Below are positions 22,026 to 36,246 of a DNA stretch of 64,000 nt, one piece after another. How positions within the stretch are numbered: position 1 is the first letter of the stretch; every line of letters starts with the position of its first letter. A program made the position numbers and the translations under genes. The DNA is from the human T2T-CHM13v2.0 reference genome, Homo sapiens: the NCBI RefSeq assembly GCF_009914755.1, contig NC_060935.1; one strand, written 5' to 3'. Under the pieces are notes generated by a model. That model had not been told where the DNA came from. It searched no databases and saw nothing but the letters and a program-made list of their open reading frames with translations.

Positions 22026-25000
22026 CTTCCAGGGCAGGAAGCTTTCTCAGCAAAAAGCAAGCTGGTGATATAAATGAAGGAGAGAGGGCAGCTTCAGATC
22101 ATCCAGCTGGGAAAACGGGGCAAAGAGAGATTAAGTGACTAGTCTCAGGTCACACAGTGTGCCAACAATTTGTTTTCAGGTAGTTAAAATCCTGATTTCC
22201 TTCTGGGAGTCACCTTTCTCCTCCCCTGGTGCCCTGCTTGCCTCTTGCTACACAGACAGCCCAGAATCAGAACTCAGTATTTATATCATACCCCAAAGCC
22301 TTCTAATAAATATCTTTTCTGCCTAAGTTACTCAGAGTCCTCTTCTGTTGCTGGCAACCACAGAACCCAGACTGATGCGTGCAGCAAACTCGTGGAATGA
22401 ATAGGCTCTGAGCCCAGGACTCCCAATGCTTAGTTCACTGCTATTTCCGTCCTGCCAAGCTGCCTACCCTCCTTGCCCAGCTGTCCACTGTCCAGCCATC
22501 TGTCCTCACGTCTGAGCAGACTGCAAACTTGAGTGTTCTGGATCCCAAACACAGGGTCTGAGTGTTCTCTGCTTGGGATGTGCCCAGACAAATGACTTCC
22601 CTTCCATCCCTCCTCTTCTCTGAGTGGGAGAAGTGGGTGCGGGCATGGCAGGGACCCCAGGGAAGGGAAGATGAAAAGTGCAGGGTAGGCCCAGCCTGCT
22701 GAGGGGCTCGGGCAACAGTTGTCCATTTTTCATTTGAGTCTGATTCAGGGATTGGACCATTCATTTGTTCAACCCGTTTACTAAACACCTGCTATGTTCA
22801 GGCTACGTGTGGGACCCTGGGAATACAATGAACGACAAGCATCTCATGGGGGATGTAGGTAAGAAGAAAAGGCAATGGTGACACAGGTGACCCGTGTGCG
22901 GGGAGACGAGCAGGGTGCCCTGGGAGTGCCAGCCAGACCCCTAAGGAGGCAGAGGACTCAGGAGACGTTTGATACCCAGGAAGGGCCATCTCTGGTGAGA
23001 TGTGAAAGAGGAGTGGGGGTGAGAGGCCGTGGGATGAGACAGGAGGGGGTGGGGTGCTCCAGGTAGAAGGAGGGCATGTGGACGGGCCTGGAATTGACAC
23101 AAAGCAGGACACATTCAAGGACTAGAAAGAAATGTAGTCTAAAAGGGGAGTGTGGAAAGGGGGTGAACCGCTCACTTGGAATTTTTTCCTTTTCCCTCCC
23201 CTTCTTTCCAGAGAGGTAAGACAGACCTATATTCCCTTGGGAGAGGCGGCTTGGCTGCAGGACCAAAGGCCAAGTTCCTGGAGGAGCTATCCTTCCAGTC
23301 TTTGTTTTGTAAAAGCTGGAGCACCTGGGGGCGGGTGTCTCTTTGTCAGGGAGGTGGGGGTGTGAGGAAGGGGAGGGGGTCTCCGGGCCTGGGAAGGTGA
23401 CAGAGCCCATCAGTTTCATGACTGGTGCCTGGTGTGTGGGTGGGTGGCACTGAGTGCATAGAGAGGGCTGGATCTCAGCCTGCAGGGCTTCCGCTGCACC
23501 CCACACGGCGTCCTCCCGACAGAAGGCACAGAGTCTGCAGACCCAGAGGGGCTCTTCAGTGGGGCTGGGGTATCTCAGCTATAATCAGTGTGGTTTCCTT
23601 GAAACATCCCTGGCATGGGGGTCACAGCAGTGGGTCAGAGTCATTCCAGTGATGGCTGGGATTGAATTTCCTACCAGATAGGGATGCTGGGGAGCTCTGA
23701 GTCTGGGCTAATTTCATTTAAGGAGCATAATGAGACATTTCTTCCATACCTGATATTAAGGATTAAAAAAATCAACCAGTTCTAAGAATAGATTCTTGGC
23801 TTGGGAGGCAGGAGACCAGCCAAAAAGGTGGGTGTGTCAATCAGGTAAGAGATGGGGCATCCTAGCCTGGGACTGCAGCTGGGGACTGCCCCCTTGCTGG
23901 GCCACCTGCTCCAGTCACTCTGATTTCAGACCGTAACTGCCTCCTCATCACCCCCGTGACCATGAAGGACATCCTTCCCTTCACCCTTTGCTTACGTTGT
24001 CTCTCTTGCCTGGAAGGCCATCACCTCTTTGCACCCCTCCTTAAAATCAAACTCAGACTTTAAGCTCCAGCTTAATCTTGAATTGCTCTAGGAAGCCTTC
24101 CGTGGGGATAGGTCTTCACTCTGCTCTAGTCAAACTGTGTGGCTCTAGGAAAGTGTCTTTATCACTCTGAGCCTTAAATTTTTCTCATATGTCTAACACG
24201 GATGACAACACCTTCCACACAGGATGGCGGTGAAGATCACCAGTGAATGAGAAAGGTGAATGTTGACTATCATGGTGACTGGTGAACAGCAGGTGCTCAG
24301 GATCTGTGCAAACCACCAACAAAGGCACAGCAGAGAAATGAGGGTGGTGGTGGTGGGGAAGCAGGTGTAGACAAAGGGCTCTGAACAATGCCAAGTTGTC
24401 TGGGGCAGCCTTTGGACAAGAGAGGCATCCCAGGACCATGTGCCCTCCCTCGCTGACAACAGAAAGGCGTTGCTGGGCCTGCAGGTGTCTGTGGTCTGGT
24501 CCAAAGGTCCAGTATGAACTGAATTTACCAGCTTCCCCCTGTACTCTGAGGAGGAGGGGGCTGGAGGGGGCTTGAGGAGCCCTCGTCCTGCCAAATTCCT
24601 AGATTGGGTGGGATGGGAGCAGGAAAAACACACACAGATTCTTTGCTGGCTTTGGCCACCCTGCTGGGACCAAAGTAGCAGGGGCTAGCTGCATAGGCAG
24701 CATTGAGAGAGACCAGGGGCTCATGATTGAAGCCAACACATTCTGTCCTAAATACATCTTTGGGGTGGAGGGTCAGAAATTCACAGTGATTCAGCTCAGA
24801 CTCTGTGGACCCTCCCAGCCTCTTCTCAGGGCCACTTTGGCTTTCTTTTAAAATCTACACTTTTAAAATTTCATGGTCAGGTTGGTGAGGATGGAAGGGA
24901 ACAGGAGGAGGTGATCTGAGAGAGAAAGGAAGCAGGAAAAAGGGCAGAAGCAATCTTCGGACCACCTGTTCAGTAACATCTTAGCTCCCAACCGAAGAGG

Positions 25001-25891
25001 ATAACAATGACAGTATCTTCACAACAGAAAGGGCAGCTGTCACTACTGTACCCGGACCACACAGGCCAGGAACTGCTCCAGGGCATGTGTTAGCAAACTC
25101 AGTCCTCACAGCAGCCCCTGGAGGAACGTACTAACGTTTCCTGCATTTTCTAAAGGCGGAAATGGAAATTCAGAGAAGTAAAGTGACCTGCCTAAGGCCA
25201 CACAGCTAGTTATCACAGAACTTCCCCCATTGCACACATTCCTAACCTCTCTTTCACTTTTTAGCTTTTGGTAAGAAAAAATATTCCGCAAATACAATAG
25301 GAAGAGACAGCATATCATGGCAGTTGCTTTCTATATGTTCTTTTAAAAAATCCTCACCATAAATCTATGTGAGTAGCATGTGATGATCACCATTTTTACA
25401 GACGAGAAAACTAAGGCTCAGGGGGTGAAGTGACCCAAGCAAACGAGTGAAGGAGCAAGAGGGAGATCCCTGTGCCTGTGTCCTTGCTTGGGCTCACTGC
25501 TGTTCTCCCCAGAAGAACGACTGGAAGTCCTGCGCGGGACCACGACCTCGGGTTTCTCCACTTGAAGCAACAGCCCAGGAAGCAGGCCTTGGGAGGCTAG
25601 CTTGCATGGGGAGTTTGGGAGGCTGGCTTGGGTGGGGAGCCTGTGTTGGTGGCAGCTGTGTTCCATCAGTGCCATGACGAATACACTCACTGGCCCAGGG
25701 CCCAGAAGCCATGGGCTCTAGTCCCAGGCTACTGTGTGACCTTGGGCTAGTCATTTCCCTTATCTGAATCTCAGTAGCTCCAAATGAAAACCAAAGGGCC
25801 TGAATGAGATGACCTCTAAGGGCCTTTCCTTAGAGGTCAGGCTTCAATTCCGGGCCTGTCAGGTTTAACGAGGCAGAGGGTGGAACGGCAG

Positions 25892-25911
25892 TGAACCAGA
25901 AGAGGGCGCTC
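25892..25911 (+). promoter_or_regulatory. CTCF core motif
   Basis: TGAACCAGAAGAGGGCGCTC. Confidence 0.55.
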
Positions 25912-26886
25912 ACAGCATCAGGGAAACAGGCCTTGGTCCATGGAGCCCAACCTGCAAGCATGTCCGGCCTGAGCCAATTATTAAGAGAGTCCAGGTTCAG
26001 CTGTGATTTGATGCTGTGGATGGTCCTACCTGATTATAAATGGTGCGGCGGTCACGGACCCAAAAGATAGAAAGGCAGGATTTTGGAGTTCAAAGGTTAT
26101 CCGGTCTGATCCTCTGTTCTCCAAGACTCTGAAAACATTGCATTCTGCTCCCTCTCCCTGCACCTGCCCCCAGGTATGCAGTTTAATTTACCGGGAGAAA
26201 ACAGGCAATCACAAATGCAAAGGTGTGATCACACTTCTTGTGGGCGTCTTCTGGTATTTCCGTTCAGTTACATGCTTGCTCCTACCTATAATGCTTTAGG
26301 ATGCACTTTTTCCTCCACTGGAAAGCCCCCTTTTCCCTTCTCTGCTTGGAAAATTCTTATTTGCCTTTTAAGACTCTGTTCAAATGTCACCTCCTCAATA
26401 GAACCCTCCCCAACTCCCTTAGGAAGAACTGGGTACTCCGTCTTCTGTTCTTACCCCTCCATACGGTCATTATCTGTTGATGCCAGTCTCCCAGCCTCAC
26501 ACAGAGCTCCCTGGACATAAACCTGTGGTCTGTGATTACCGCAGCTTCCTTTTATTGCAGGCTTATTGTGTGCTGGATGTCGTGCCAAGCACTGCACACG
26601 TATGACATCATTCACCTCTCACTAGAACCATATGAGGTAAAAAGTCATCCTCCACCTACACGTGGAGATTGGGACTTGGAGACACTAAGTCACCTGCTCA
26701 AGGTCATATAGTTGGTATGTTGCAGAACCAGGCTTCAAACTCAGTTTATCTCAACCCCAGGCTTTATTTAAATCACTAGGTTTACAGCATCTGATATGGA
26801 CTTTTCTGCTTCCCATGTCCAATACTGTATCTGGCACCAGGCAAATGTTAAAAAAAATGAAAAGTGGGGTAATGTTTGAGCATTTA

Positions 26887-27272
<386 letters not shown>

Positions 27273-27698
27273 TCAAGGCTCCCCCACTGGCTGCCTGATC
27301 TTGGGCAAGATTTTGACTTCTCTGTGCCTCAGTTTCTTCATCTGTGAAGCAAGGATAAATGTGTCTACACTCCAGAGGGTTATAATGGAGATTAAATGAA
27401 TGTTGATCTTCACACAAAGTTTTTACATGAGATGCATGGAAAATGTGTAGATCAGGGCCAGGAAGCTCCTAAAAATGTTAACTGTCATCATCTTGTGTTT
27501 CAGGCTTTGCCTGTTTCCCAGTTAATATAACTTTTCTCCTCCCACGGATAAGGTCCATGAAGACTCTGGGATGAATCTTGCGGAGTGCTGGTAAACCGGT
27601 TCTTAACTTTCTCTTTACTGGACCTGAACTGCTGTATCACTGGGAGCAAGATGAAGTAAATGAGATTATTATGCAGGAATTAAAAAAAGAATAATGTA

Positions 27699-27985
27699 GG
27701 CCAGGCATGGTGGCTCACACCTGTAATTCCAGCATTTTAGGAGGCCAAGGCAAGAGGATCACTTGGGGCCATGAGTTCGAGACCAGCTTGGGAAAAACAG
27801 TGAGATCCCATCTCACCAAAAAATAATATGTGAGCGGAGCATGGTGGTACACACCTGTAGTCCCAGCTACTCAGCACGCTGAGGCAGGAGGATCGCTTGA
27901 GCCCAAGACTTCAAGGTTGCAGTGAGCTATGATCGCACCACTGCATTTCAGCCCAGCTGACAGGGCGAGACCCTGTCAGAAAAAG
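27699..27985 (+). mobile_element. Alu (AluJ-like)
   Basis: Diverged Alu with GGAGGATCGCTTGAGCCC, a J-family diagnostic. Confidence 0.92.
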
Positions 27986-28060
27986 AAAGGAAGAAAGGAA
28001 GGAAGGAAGGAAGAAAGAAAGAAAGGAAGGAAGGAAGGAAGGAAGGAAGGAAGGAAGGAA
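27985..28060 (+). repeat. (GGAA/GAAA)n microsatellite
   Basis: Derived from the Alu tail; 9 consecutive GGAA units at 28025-28060. Confidence 0.95.
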
Positions 28061-28465
28061 GGGCCCTGATTTGTGCCCTCTGCCAATTTTCATGGTGTAA
28101 ATGCTCCCACCATGGCTAATTTCAAGCTATGATTGTGAAGAGTCATGCTGCCAGTCTCAGCAGAGGTCCAGAGTTTTGCTCAATCTGTGCCTCAGTTTCT
28201 TCATCTTTAAAATAGAGCAGCAGTAGGACCTAACTCAAAATACTGTTGTGAGGAGTAAACCTGAAGCTCTTAGACGAGCACATGGCACGCTGTATGCTCT
28301 GTGTTAGCCAATATTACTGTTAAGAGTTTCAACTCAGTCTCACTGTTGCTTATCTGGCTTGGACACTGACCCAACCCCAGCAACTGGCCTTCTGCTCTGA
28401 TGGGCAGAGTCTCTGCCTTCTAGGATTAGGCCTTGTCCACTCTTGCAGCTCTCCCTTCTCCCTCT

Positions 28466-28873
28466 GTGACACAGTTTGGATATTTGTCCCCACCCAAATC
28501 TCATGTTGAATTGTAATCCCCAGTGTTGGAGGTGGGGCCTGGTGGGTCACGGAGGCAGATCCTGCATGGTTTGTGCCATCCTGACGAGAGTTCTCACAAG
28601 ATCTGGTCTTTTGAAAGCATGTGGCACCTCCCTCAACTCACTCTCTTGTTCCTGCTTTCGCTGTGTGATGTGCCTGTACCCTCTTTGCCTTCTATCTGAT
28701 TGTCAGCTTCCTGAGGCCTTCCTAGAAGCCAAGCAGACACCAGTGCCCTGCTTCCTGTACAGGCTGGCCATGGGCCAATTAAACCTCTTTTCTTTATAAA
28801 TTACTCAGTCTCTTGCACTGCTATAATGAAATTGCTGCATTTCTTTATAGCAATGCAAGAACAGTCTGATACA
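28466..28873 (+). mobile_element. MST (MaLR) solo LTR
   Basis: GTTTGGATATTTGTCCCCACCCAAATCTCATGTTGAATTGTAATCCCCAG ... ATTAAACCTCTTTTCTTTATAAATTAC. Confidence 0.88.
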
Positions 28874-29147
28874 CCCTGGAACTAGAATTCTGGCCTAGCC
28901 TGTGTTGGTTACACACCCACCCTGATCACACATTATTTCATGCCTCTGGTTTCATCCCTAGACTTCCCTCATGCTGCCCTGGGCCTGGGCTGCCCATGCT
29001 GCTGTCCCTTGCTCCGGATGGTCCATGATGATCCCTTCTGGCATCTGCTCCGCTCCTCATTGCTTACAAGGCTCCTTCTCATGGGGCTGGGATGTACTTA
29101 CAGAGGGGAAAGCTGAAGTTCAGAGCTCAGTTTGCTCCCACCTGCAA

Positions 29148-29250
29148 CTAGAGGGGCCCCTAGCTCCTGCCACACCCTGCTGTGAGCTCCAGCTTCTCAT
29201 CAGGGCCCCTACCCTCAGCCTGATTTAACCCTTCTGTGCTCAGGCCTGGC
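29148..29250 (+). repeat. 103-bp direct repeat, copy 1
   Basis: Ungapped alignment with 30440-30542, 8 mismatches by hand count. Confidence 0.9.
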
Positions 29251-30439
29251 TCACGTCATGGCAACCTGGGAAGATCTTGGCATCTTCAGGTTTGGTGGAA
29301 GAGTCTAACTGAGTCAGAAGCAGGGCCTGGAGGGGAAGACACAGCGAGGCTGGGTTTGGAAACATTAGCTGGATTTGAGGCTCTTTTGCAAGGAAAAAAA
29401 AAAATAGAGTGTAAACTAGGAAAAAATCCCAGGTGGGACCAAGAGTCAAGGTTGAAAGGAGCCTGACCTCTTGAATTCAAATTTAATAAATAGCAGCTGC
29501 AGACCTACCATATGCCACATGCTTCTCAGTACCTTATTTCATTAGCTCTTTGAGACAACCCCATGAAAACATCATTATCTCACTCTGCAGGAGCTATAGG
29601 CACTTAAGAGAGGTTAGGGACTGACATGAGAGCAGGTACGTGGTCTCCCTGGTCCTGGGCCAAGGATGGCTGATTCTCTCCTTTCCCTGTGCCAGTGGAC
29701 AGCTGGAAACCTGGGCCCAGGGCAGGCTGTCAACAGAGGTCCTCAGTCACGGGCTGAATTCCTCAAAGCATGACAGACTGACCATTCTGAGATCACATAT
29801 TGTAAGGCAACCCTGGTCCTCCGGGAAAAGGATGAATTCAGAGGCAGAGAGACCTGGCTAACATGCTGTGCTCTGCCACTTTCTCCACAAGGGGCCTTGG
29901 GTCGGTGTCCTAACCTCTCTGAGTCTCAATTTCCTCCCACTTAACATGGCACCGATGAGAGCTGCAGGGTTGTGATGAAGCCTGGGAAGCGAGGGCTGTA
30001 CATAGGGAGAGCTTGGCAGTCCTGGGCAGGCCTCCTTCTCCATATTCCTGCTGACCTGGCTCGAAGCTTCACTTCCTGTCTCCCTCCAAGTCAACCTCAC
30101 ACAGGAGACACTCCTGCTCTTTGTACCAGGCAGTGCCATCAGCTACAAAGGTCTGCTTCCTATTTCCTCAGGCTCTGTCAGGTGTTCCTGGAGCTAATGA
30201 GAACAATGCAGGTGACAGCAGCTGGAGGATGAGAGGGGTCTTCCCAGCAGAACCTCCTCTGCCCTCTGGAGAGCTCCAGGCTGTTTCCAGGTCCCCAAGT
30301 CAGACCCAGAGCCCTAGGAAAGGGCGGGTAAAAGAACTGGAAACTCCACTTCACAGGATTTCCCAAATCCTCCTCTGCCATGACATCCGCCTGCCCCAGC
30401 CATGCTCCCTCCTGCTTTTCTGCCTTAGTCTCTCAGCTC

Positions 30440-30542
30440 CTAGAGCGGCCCCTAGCTCCTGCCACACCCTGCTGTGGGCTCCAGCTTCTCATCAGGGCCC
30501 CTGCCCCCCGCCTAATTTAACCCTTCTGCACTCAGGCCTGGC
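30440..30542 (+). repeat. 103-bp direct repeat, copy 2
   Basis: Second copy of 29148-29250. Confidence 0.9.
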
Positions 30543-31204
30543 CAGGAAAGGCCTTCCTGCTCCTCCTCTTTGTGCTGTGGTTTCCTGCCCTTCCAAGGCC
30601 CACCTCAGCCCAGGTCTCCTCCAGGAAACCTCCCTAGTGAGTCTAGGGTGTGTTGACCTCTCCTCTGGCTCAATCCTTCCCCCAGCACTTTTTGTGACTT
30701 GGAAACTGGTAATGAGCCACACCCTGTCCCGGGCTGCTCCCTGGCTCTCTTGTCCATAACTTTGGCTTCTGTAAACTTCCCAGGCTGACAAGGGGCAAGG
30801 GATAAAACCCCCTCTTTATCCCCCACGACAGAAAGCCCAGTGCAGAGGAGAAAAAAACATGGAAGGCAGGTCCAGCTCTTTCCTTTACACTCAGATTTGG
30901 AAGGAAGATGGGAAGGAAAGACCAAGTGGGAGAAAAAGAAGAAAGACATGAGTGGAAAGGAGTGAAGGAAGAGGGAAGGGCTGCTGCATGACACTCAGTA
31001 CCAGGGTCATGAGAGGACAGATCAGGCCCACGATCCAGGTGGCCTTGAATCATGCTTTAGGGCTCTCACACTCTGATTATGCAACTCCTAGGCTTGACAC
31101 AGAGACCTCTTTGAAAACCTTTGGAACTCACCTCCTCCAGGCAGCCTTCTGAGATTGACTCTGATCTTTGCCGCACCCCCCCGGCCCCGCCCTGGCCCCC
31201 TTGA

Positions 31205-31656
<452 letters not shown>

Positions 31657-32206
31657 CTCCAACTTTATTAGCTCCAGGGGGTGGTTCAGAATATATTTTG
31701 TATTTTAAACCCAGTTTGTCTCTAAGATAATCTTACTATAATCTTATATCAATTTCTTTAATATCAGGCTCTGTACTGAGCCTTGGGGGACACACAGATA
31801 ACTAAGAGCCAGTCCCTGCCCTCCACCCAGCATTCGGCCTAGTGAGTTGAGTGAGAAATGCATTAAAGGCCCACTGAGGCTGTCTTATGGGAGCACTCAG
31901 GAGGGCACAAAAACAGAGTCTGGGAAGCTGCACAGAAGAGACCCGAAGGACAAGCAGGAGTTCACCAGATACAGGGAGGACATTCCAGGCAGGGAACACT
32001 GCAGGGCAAAGGCCCGGAGAGGTGAAAGCACAAGGTATGCCAGGCAGACGAGGCAGCTCAGTGTAGCCACAGAGTAGACGTAAGAGGGACTCTTGTCACA
32101 CAGCAGACGGCTTCATGAATCAGCCTAAGACACACTAACTTTGACTCACAGGCCATTTTTTCTCAGGGGGACAGAGGCAGGTATTGCCATGCTAGTTGGC
32201 ATTTAG

Positions 32207-32570
<364 letters not shown>

Positions 32571-34159
32571 TTCTTAAAAACTATTTCATGACACAAAAGA
32601 GCATGTACTATATGATTCCACTTATATGACGATTAGGAACAGACAAAATCCATCTACAATGATAGAAATTGGAATAATCGTTATCTCTGAACTTTTGCGG
32701 GTGATGGAAATCTTCTGAGTCTTGCTCTTGGTGATGGTTATATGAGCTCATGCAGTTGTCAAAATGCACTGAACAGAACACTTAAGATCTATACATTGGA
32801 CTGCTTGTAAAGTAAACCTGAAGAACATGTGTGAGCATTTTTGGTTGTTATAATGACTGAAGGGTGCTCCAGGCAAATATATAGGAGATGGGGCCAGGGA
32901 TGCTTTTACATCAAAGAACTCTCCCACCCAAAGGCCAGTAGGTCCCTGTTGAGAAATACGGCTGCAAGCTATGGGGAGCCACAGAAGGATGGAAACACCA
33001 GAGACTTGGCCACATCTGTACTTTGGTAAGACAGGGCTCTGTGGTGGTGGGAGTATCTTGGGACAGTGATGTGGCACAGAAGGTGGATATATGATTTTCA
33101 CTGCCACTCCTAGGCCTCGTATTTGCCTAACTCTTAGCCCACTGGCCTGATGCTGCCCCGAAGGGGCCCCAGGAGGTCCCTCTGAGGTACCTCAGATGCT
33201 GACCAGCTAGGGAAGTAGCAGAGGCAGCAGATGGCAGTGGGAAATGGCAATGCCTCACCCCCAGCCTCCCTGCCTCATGATAAGCAGCAAGGATGATAGA
33301 AGTGATCATCTTCCTCTGAAGTGGAGTCTCAGTGAAGGGGTCTCCCTGAGTGTCTAGAGTCCCTGGAAGCAGGGCTGAACGCTACTGCTGCTACTATAGG
33401 AAAGCACTGTTTTACATCATGGGCTAAAGAAGAACACAGCTGACTTGCGTGAAAATACTCACCTGACCCCTGCCTTCGGAAAGCCTTCTCTGACCTCCGT
33501 CCTGGGCAGGTGTCTCTCCTGTGTTCCCACAGCCCTACAGAGCACAGTTACTGCCTAGGTTTAAATTCTGGCTCTGACTCTTGCTGTGCGTACCTGAAAT
33601 AGAGTTACTCAAGCTCTCTGTTTCCTCACCTGCAAATTGAGGATAACAGAAACCGTCTTCACTGAACTGTCACCAAGATTGAGATAATGTAGTAAGCACT
33701 CAGTAAGAGTGAGTGCTTATGATGAGCCTAGAATGCATCAGTACAGACCACTGTTGCCAGGTGACTCCTCTGGCACCTCCACTAGACATTAAGCTCCTTG
33801 CGGGCAGGGTCCTTGTGGTCGTGTTGATTGCTGAGGGCCTTGTGTCCACCACAGTGCCTGGTACAGTAAATACTTGCATGCTTGAATCAATTCCACCCAC
33901 TAAGATCTCTCCTGAGAGCTTTCTTTTTCCACCCACAATGCCTCTAAATCACAACAATTCTTCAGAAACGGAGTCAGACTCATTTGTATTCTGTTCCCTC
34001 TTCTCTCTTCTCTGTTACCTCCATGGCCATGCAGAACCCAAACAACATTTAGTTTTTAAATTAACAGCTTCTTCCTGGACTCTCTATTCCTAAGACTTCA
34101 CTCAGTGGTCTTCATACTGGGCACACAAAAATCCTTTTTAAAAAATGCACCCTGCACCT

Positions 34160-34716
34160 CTCAAAAAGTGAAACACAGAATGATCATACGATCCAGCAAT
34201 TCCACTGCGAGGTATATACCCCAAAGAATTGAAAGCGGGGGCTCAAACAGATCCTGGCACACCAATGTTCATAGCCGTATTATTCACAATAGCCAAAAGG
34301 TGGAAACAGATGAATGGCCAAACAATGTGGTATATCCATACAATGGAATATATTCAGCTTTGAAAATAAATGAGATTCTGATATATGATACCACAGAGAC
34401 GACCCTTGAAAACATTAGGCTAAGTGAAAGAAGCCAGACAAAAAAAGACAAACATGATGCCACTTACACGAGGCACCTAGAATAGGTGAATTTATGGAGA
34501 CAGAAAGTAGAACGGAGGTCACCAGGGGCTGGGGGAGATGGGAATGAGCAATTAGTATTTAATGAGTACAGCGATTCAGTCTGGGAAGATAAAAAGATTC
34601 TGGAGATGGACAGTGGTGATGGTTGTATAACACTGTAAATATACTTAACGCCACAAAATTATACAGTTAACATTGGTTAAAATGGTAAATTTCGTGTTAT
34701 GTGTATTTTACCACAA
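34160..34716 (+). mobile_element. L1MB-like 3' fragment
   Basis: GATCCAGCAATTCCACT..TATTCACAATAGCCAAAAGGTGGAAACA..TGTATTTTACCACAAT. Confidence 0.88.
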
Positions 34717-34895
34717 TTTAATAAAAGCCTCCCACACCAAACAAACAAAACACTGGAAGGACAGACTTCCCTCTGAAATCTGACAGAGCTGCATGTCCCT
34801 CTGCCACCCCTAGGGCTCTGTGACCTTGACCCCCTGGCCCATGATCTATCTTCCTCTCCATCCTCTCCTTGGTTCCAACTCTTGGGTTCCCTGTT

Positions 34896-35195
34896 CTTTT
34901 TCTTTTTTTCTTTTTGAGACAGGGTCTCACTCTGTCACCCAGGCTGGAGTGCAGCGGCGCTATCTTGGCTCACTGCAACCTCTGCCTCCTGGGTTCAAGC
35001 AATTCTCATGCCTCAGCCTCCTGAGTAGGAGGGGCTGCAGGTGTGCGCCACCATGCCTGGCTAATTTTTATATTTTTACTAGGGACAGAGTTTCACCGTG
35101 TTGGCCAGGCTGGTCTCAAACTCCTGACCTCAAATGATCCCCTGCCTCAGCCTCCCAAAGTGCTGGGATTACAGGCATGAGCCACTGCACCAAGC
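34896..35195 (-). mobile_element. Alu
   Basis: Antisense Alu; TSD CCCTGTTCTTTTT. Confidence 0.95.
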
Positions 35196-36246
35196 TCCCT
35201 GTTCTTTTTCTACTCCAGACGCCAGGGCCACGACATGTTCTTTTCCTTGCACCCCTCTTTAACCACCTTGATCCCATCATATCTCTTGAGGGTGCTTCAG
35301 ATGGATGCTTTGAGACTCTGAGATGGAAAAGCTATGTGCCTGGAGATGCTCATTATTGACTATGTGCAACAATAAAGACATAGTTAAATAAAGCAGGGGT
35401 CAGCCAACCAAGTATAAACAGAGAAGTCATGACAAAATGTTAAGTGAAAAATGCAGGCTATAAACCTATATGTGGACTAATTTCAACTATTACAAAATAC
35501 AGATTTACAGAAAACATAGAATAGGGCATATAAAATGATGGTTCATCTTACGTTTGTTCTCTAGCATGGAGTATGGTTATTTTCACAACTGTAATTTATA
35601 ATTTATACCAGACAACATCTTTAGGCAGATGATGAAATACACACATTGTTAGTTTTGCAAGAATCTTCAGAATTGATTCCAGATGCCCATATGCTGCCAC
35701 CATTGAGGCCCACAAATCCCTCCCGAAAGGCTTGCAGAGGAATGGGAGGCGAGGGGCTGTTTCATGTCGACTCTTCAGAAAGACACTTCAGGACTTGGTG
35801 TGTCTCTCTAATGACTCCAACCAACTACCTCACCACAAAAAAAGGAGGGCAATTTAGGGTCTTTATTTTGCTACTGGACTAACCAGGAAATTTGGCTGTG
35901 AACAGTTTATCCCTTACATTAGCCCAAAGTTAGGAATTCCCATGATGCTTGTTCCCTTACAAATCTGCAAACAGTGGATCTCCCGCATCTGGTGTGAGGG
36001 GATCCCCTCCCCATCCAACATGCTACACCCCAGGTATAGAAACTTGAGTCACGCTTGCTTCAATGGGGACAAAGGAAGGAGGGTGGCTTCTGTTCCATGT
36101 GCTGCAGCACAGTGGGAAAAGCTTTTCTCAGTCTAAGAGTTTGGAAATTACTGAGTTTTGCCAGACACCGGTGGCCATGATGCTCGTTCCACATCTCACC
36201 AGATGCAGAAAAGATGGAGATGATGTTAAAGAATGGGGGGAATCTA

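Larger units (their letters stand above)
21974..22106 (-). other. PTPN5: PTPN5 exon 2 (133 nt: 113 nt 5' UTR plus 20 nt coding)
   Basis: Acceptor CTTAATCTCTCTTTGCCCCGTTTTCCCAG| (AG at 22108-22107) and donor CAG|GTGAGT (21973-21968). Confidence 0.88.

Noticed and set aside
30121-30759. 212-aa plus-strand ORF
   Set aside because: Non-ATG start, no recognisable protein features, antisense to an intron and overlapping L2-like sequence.
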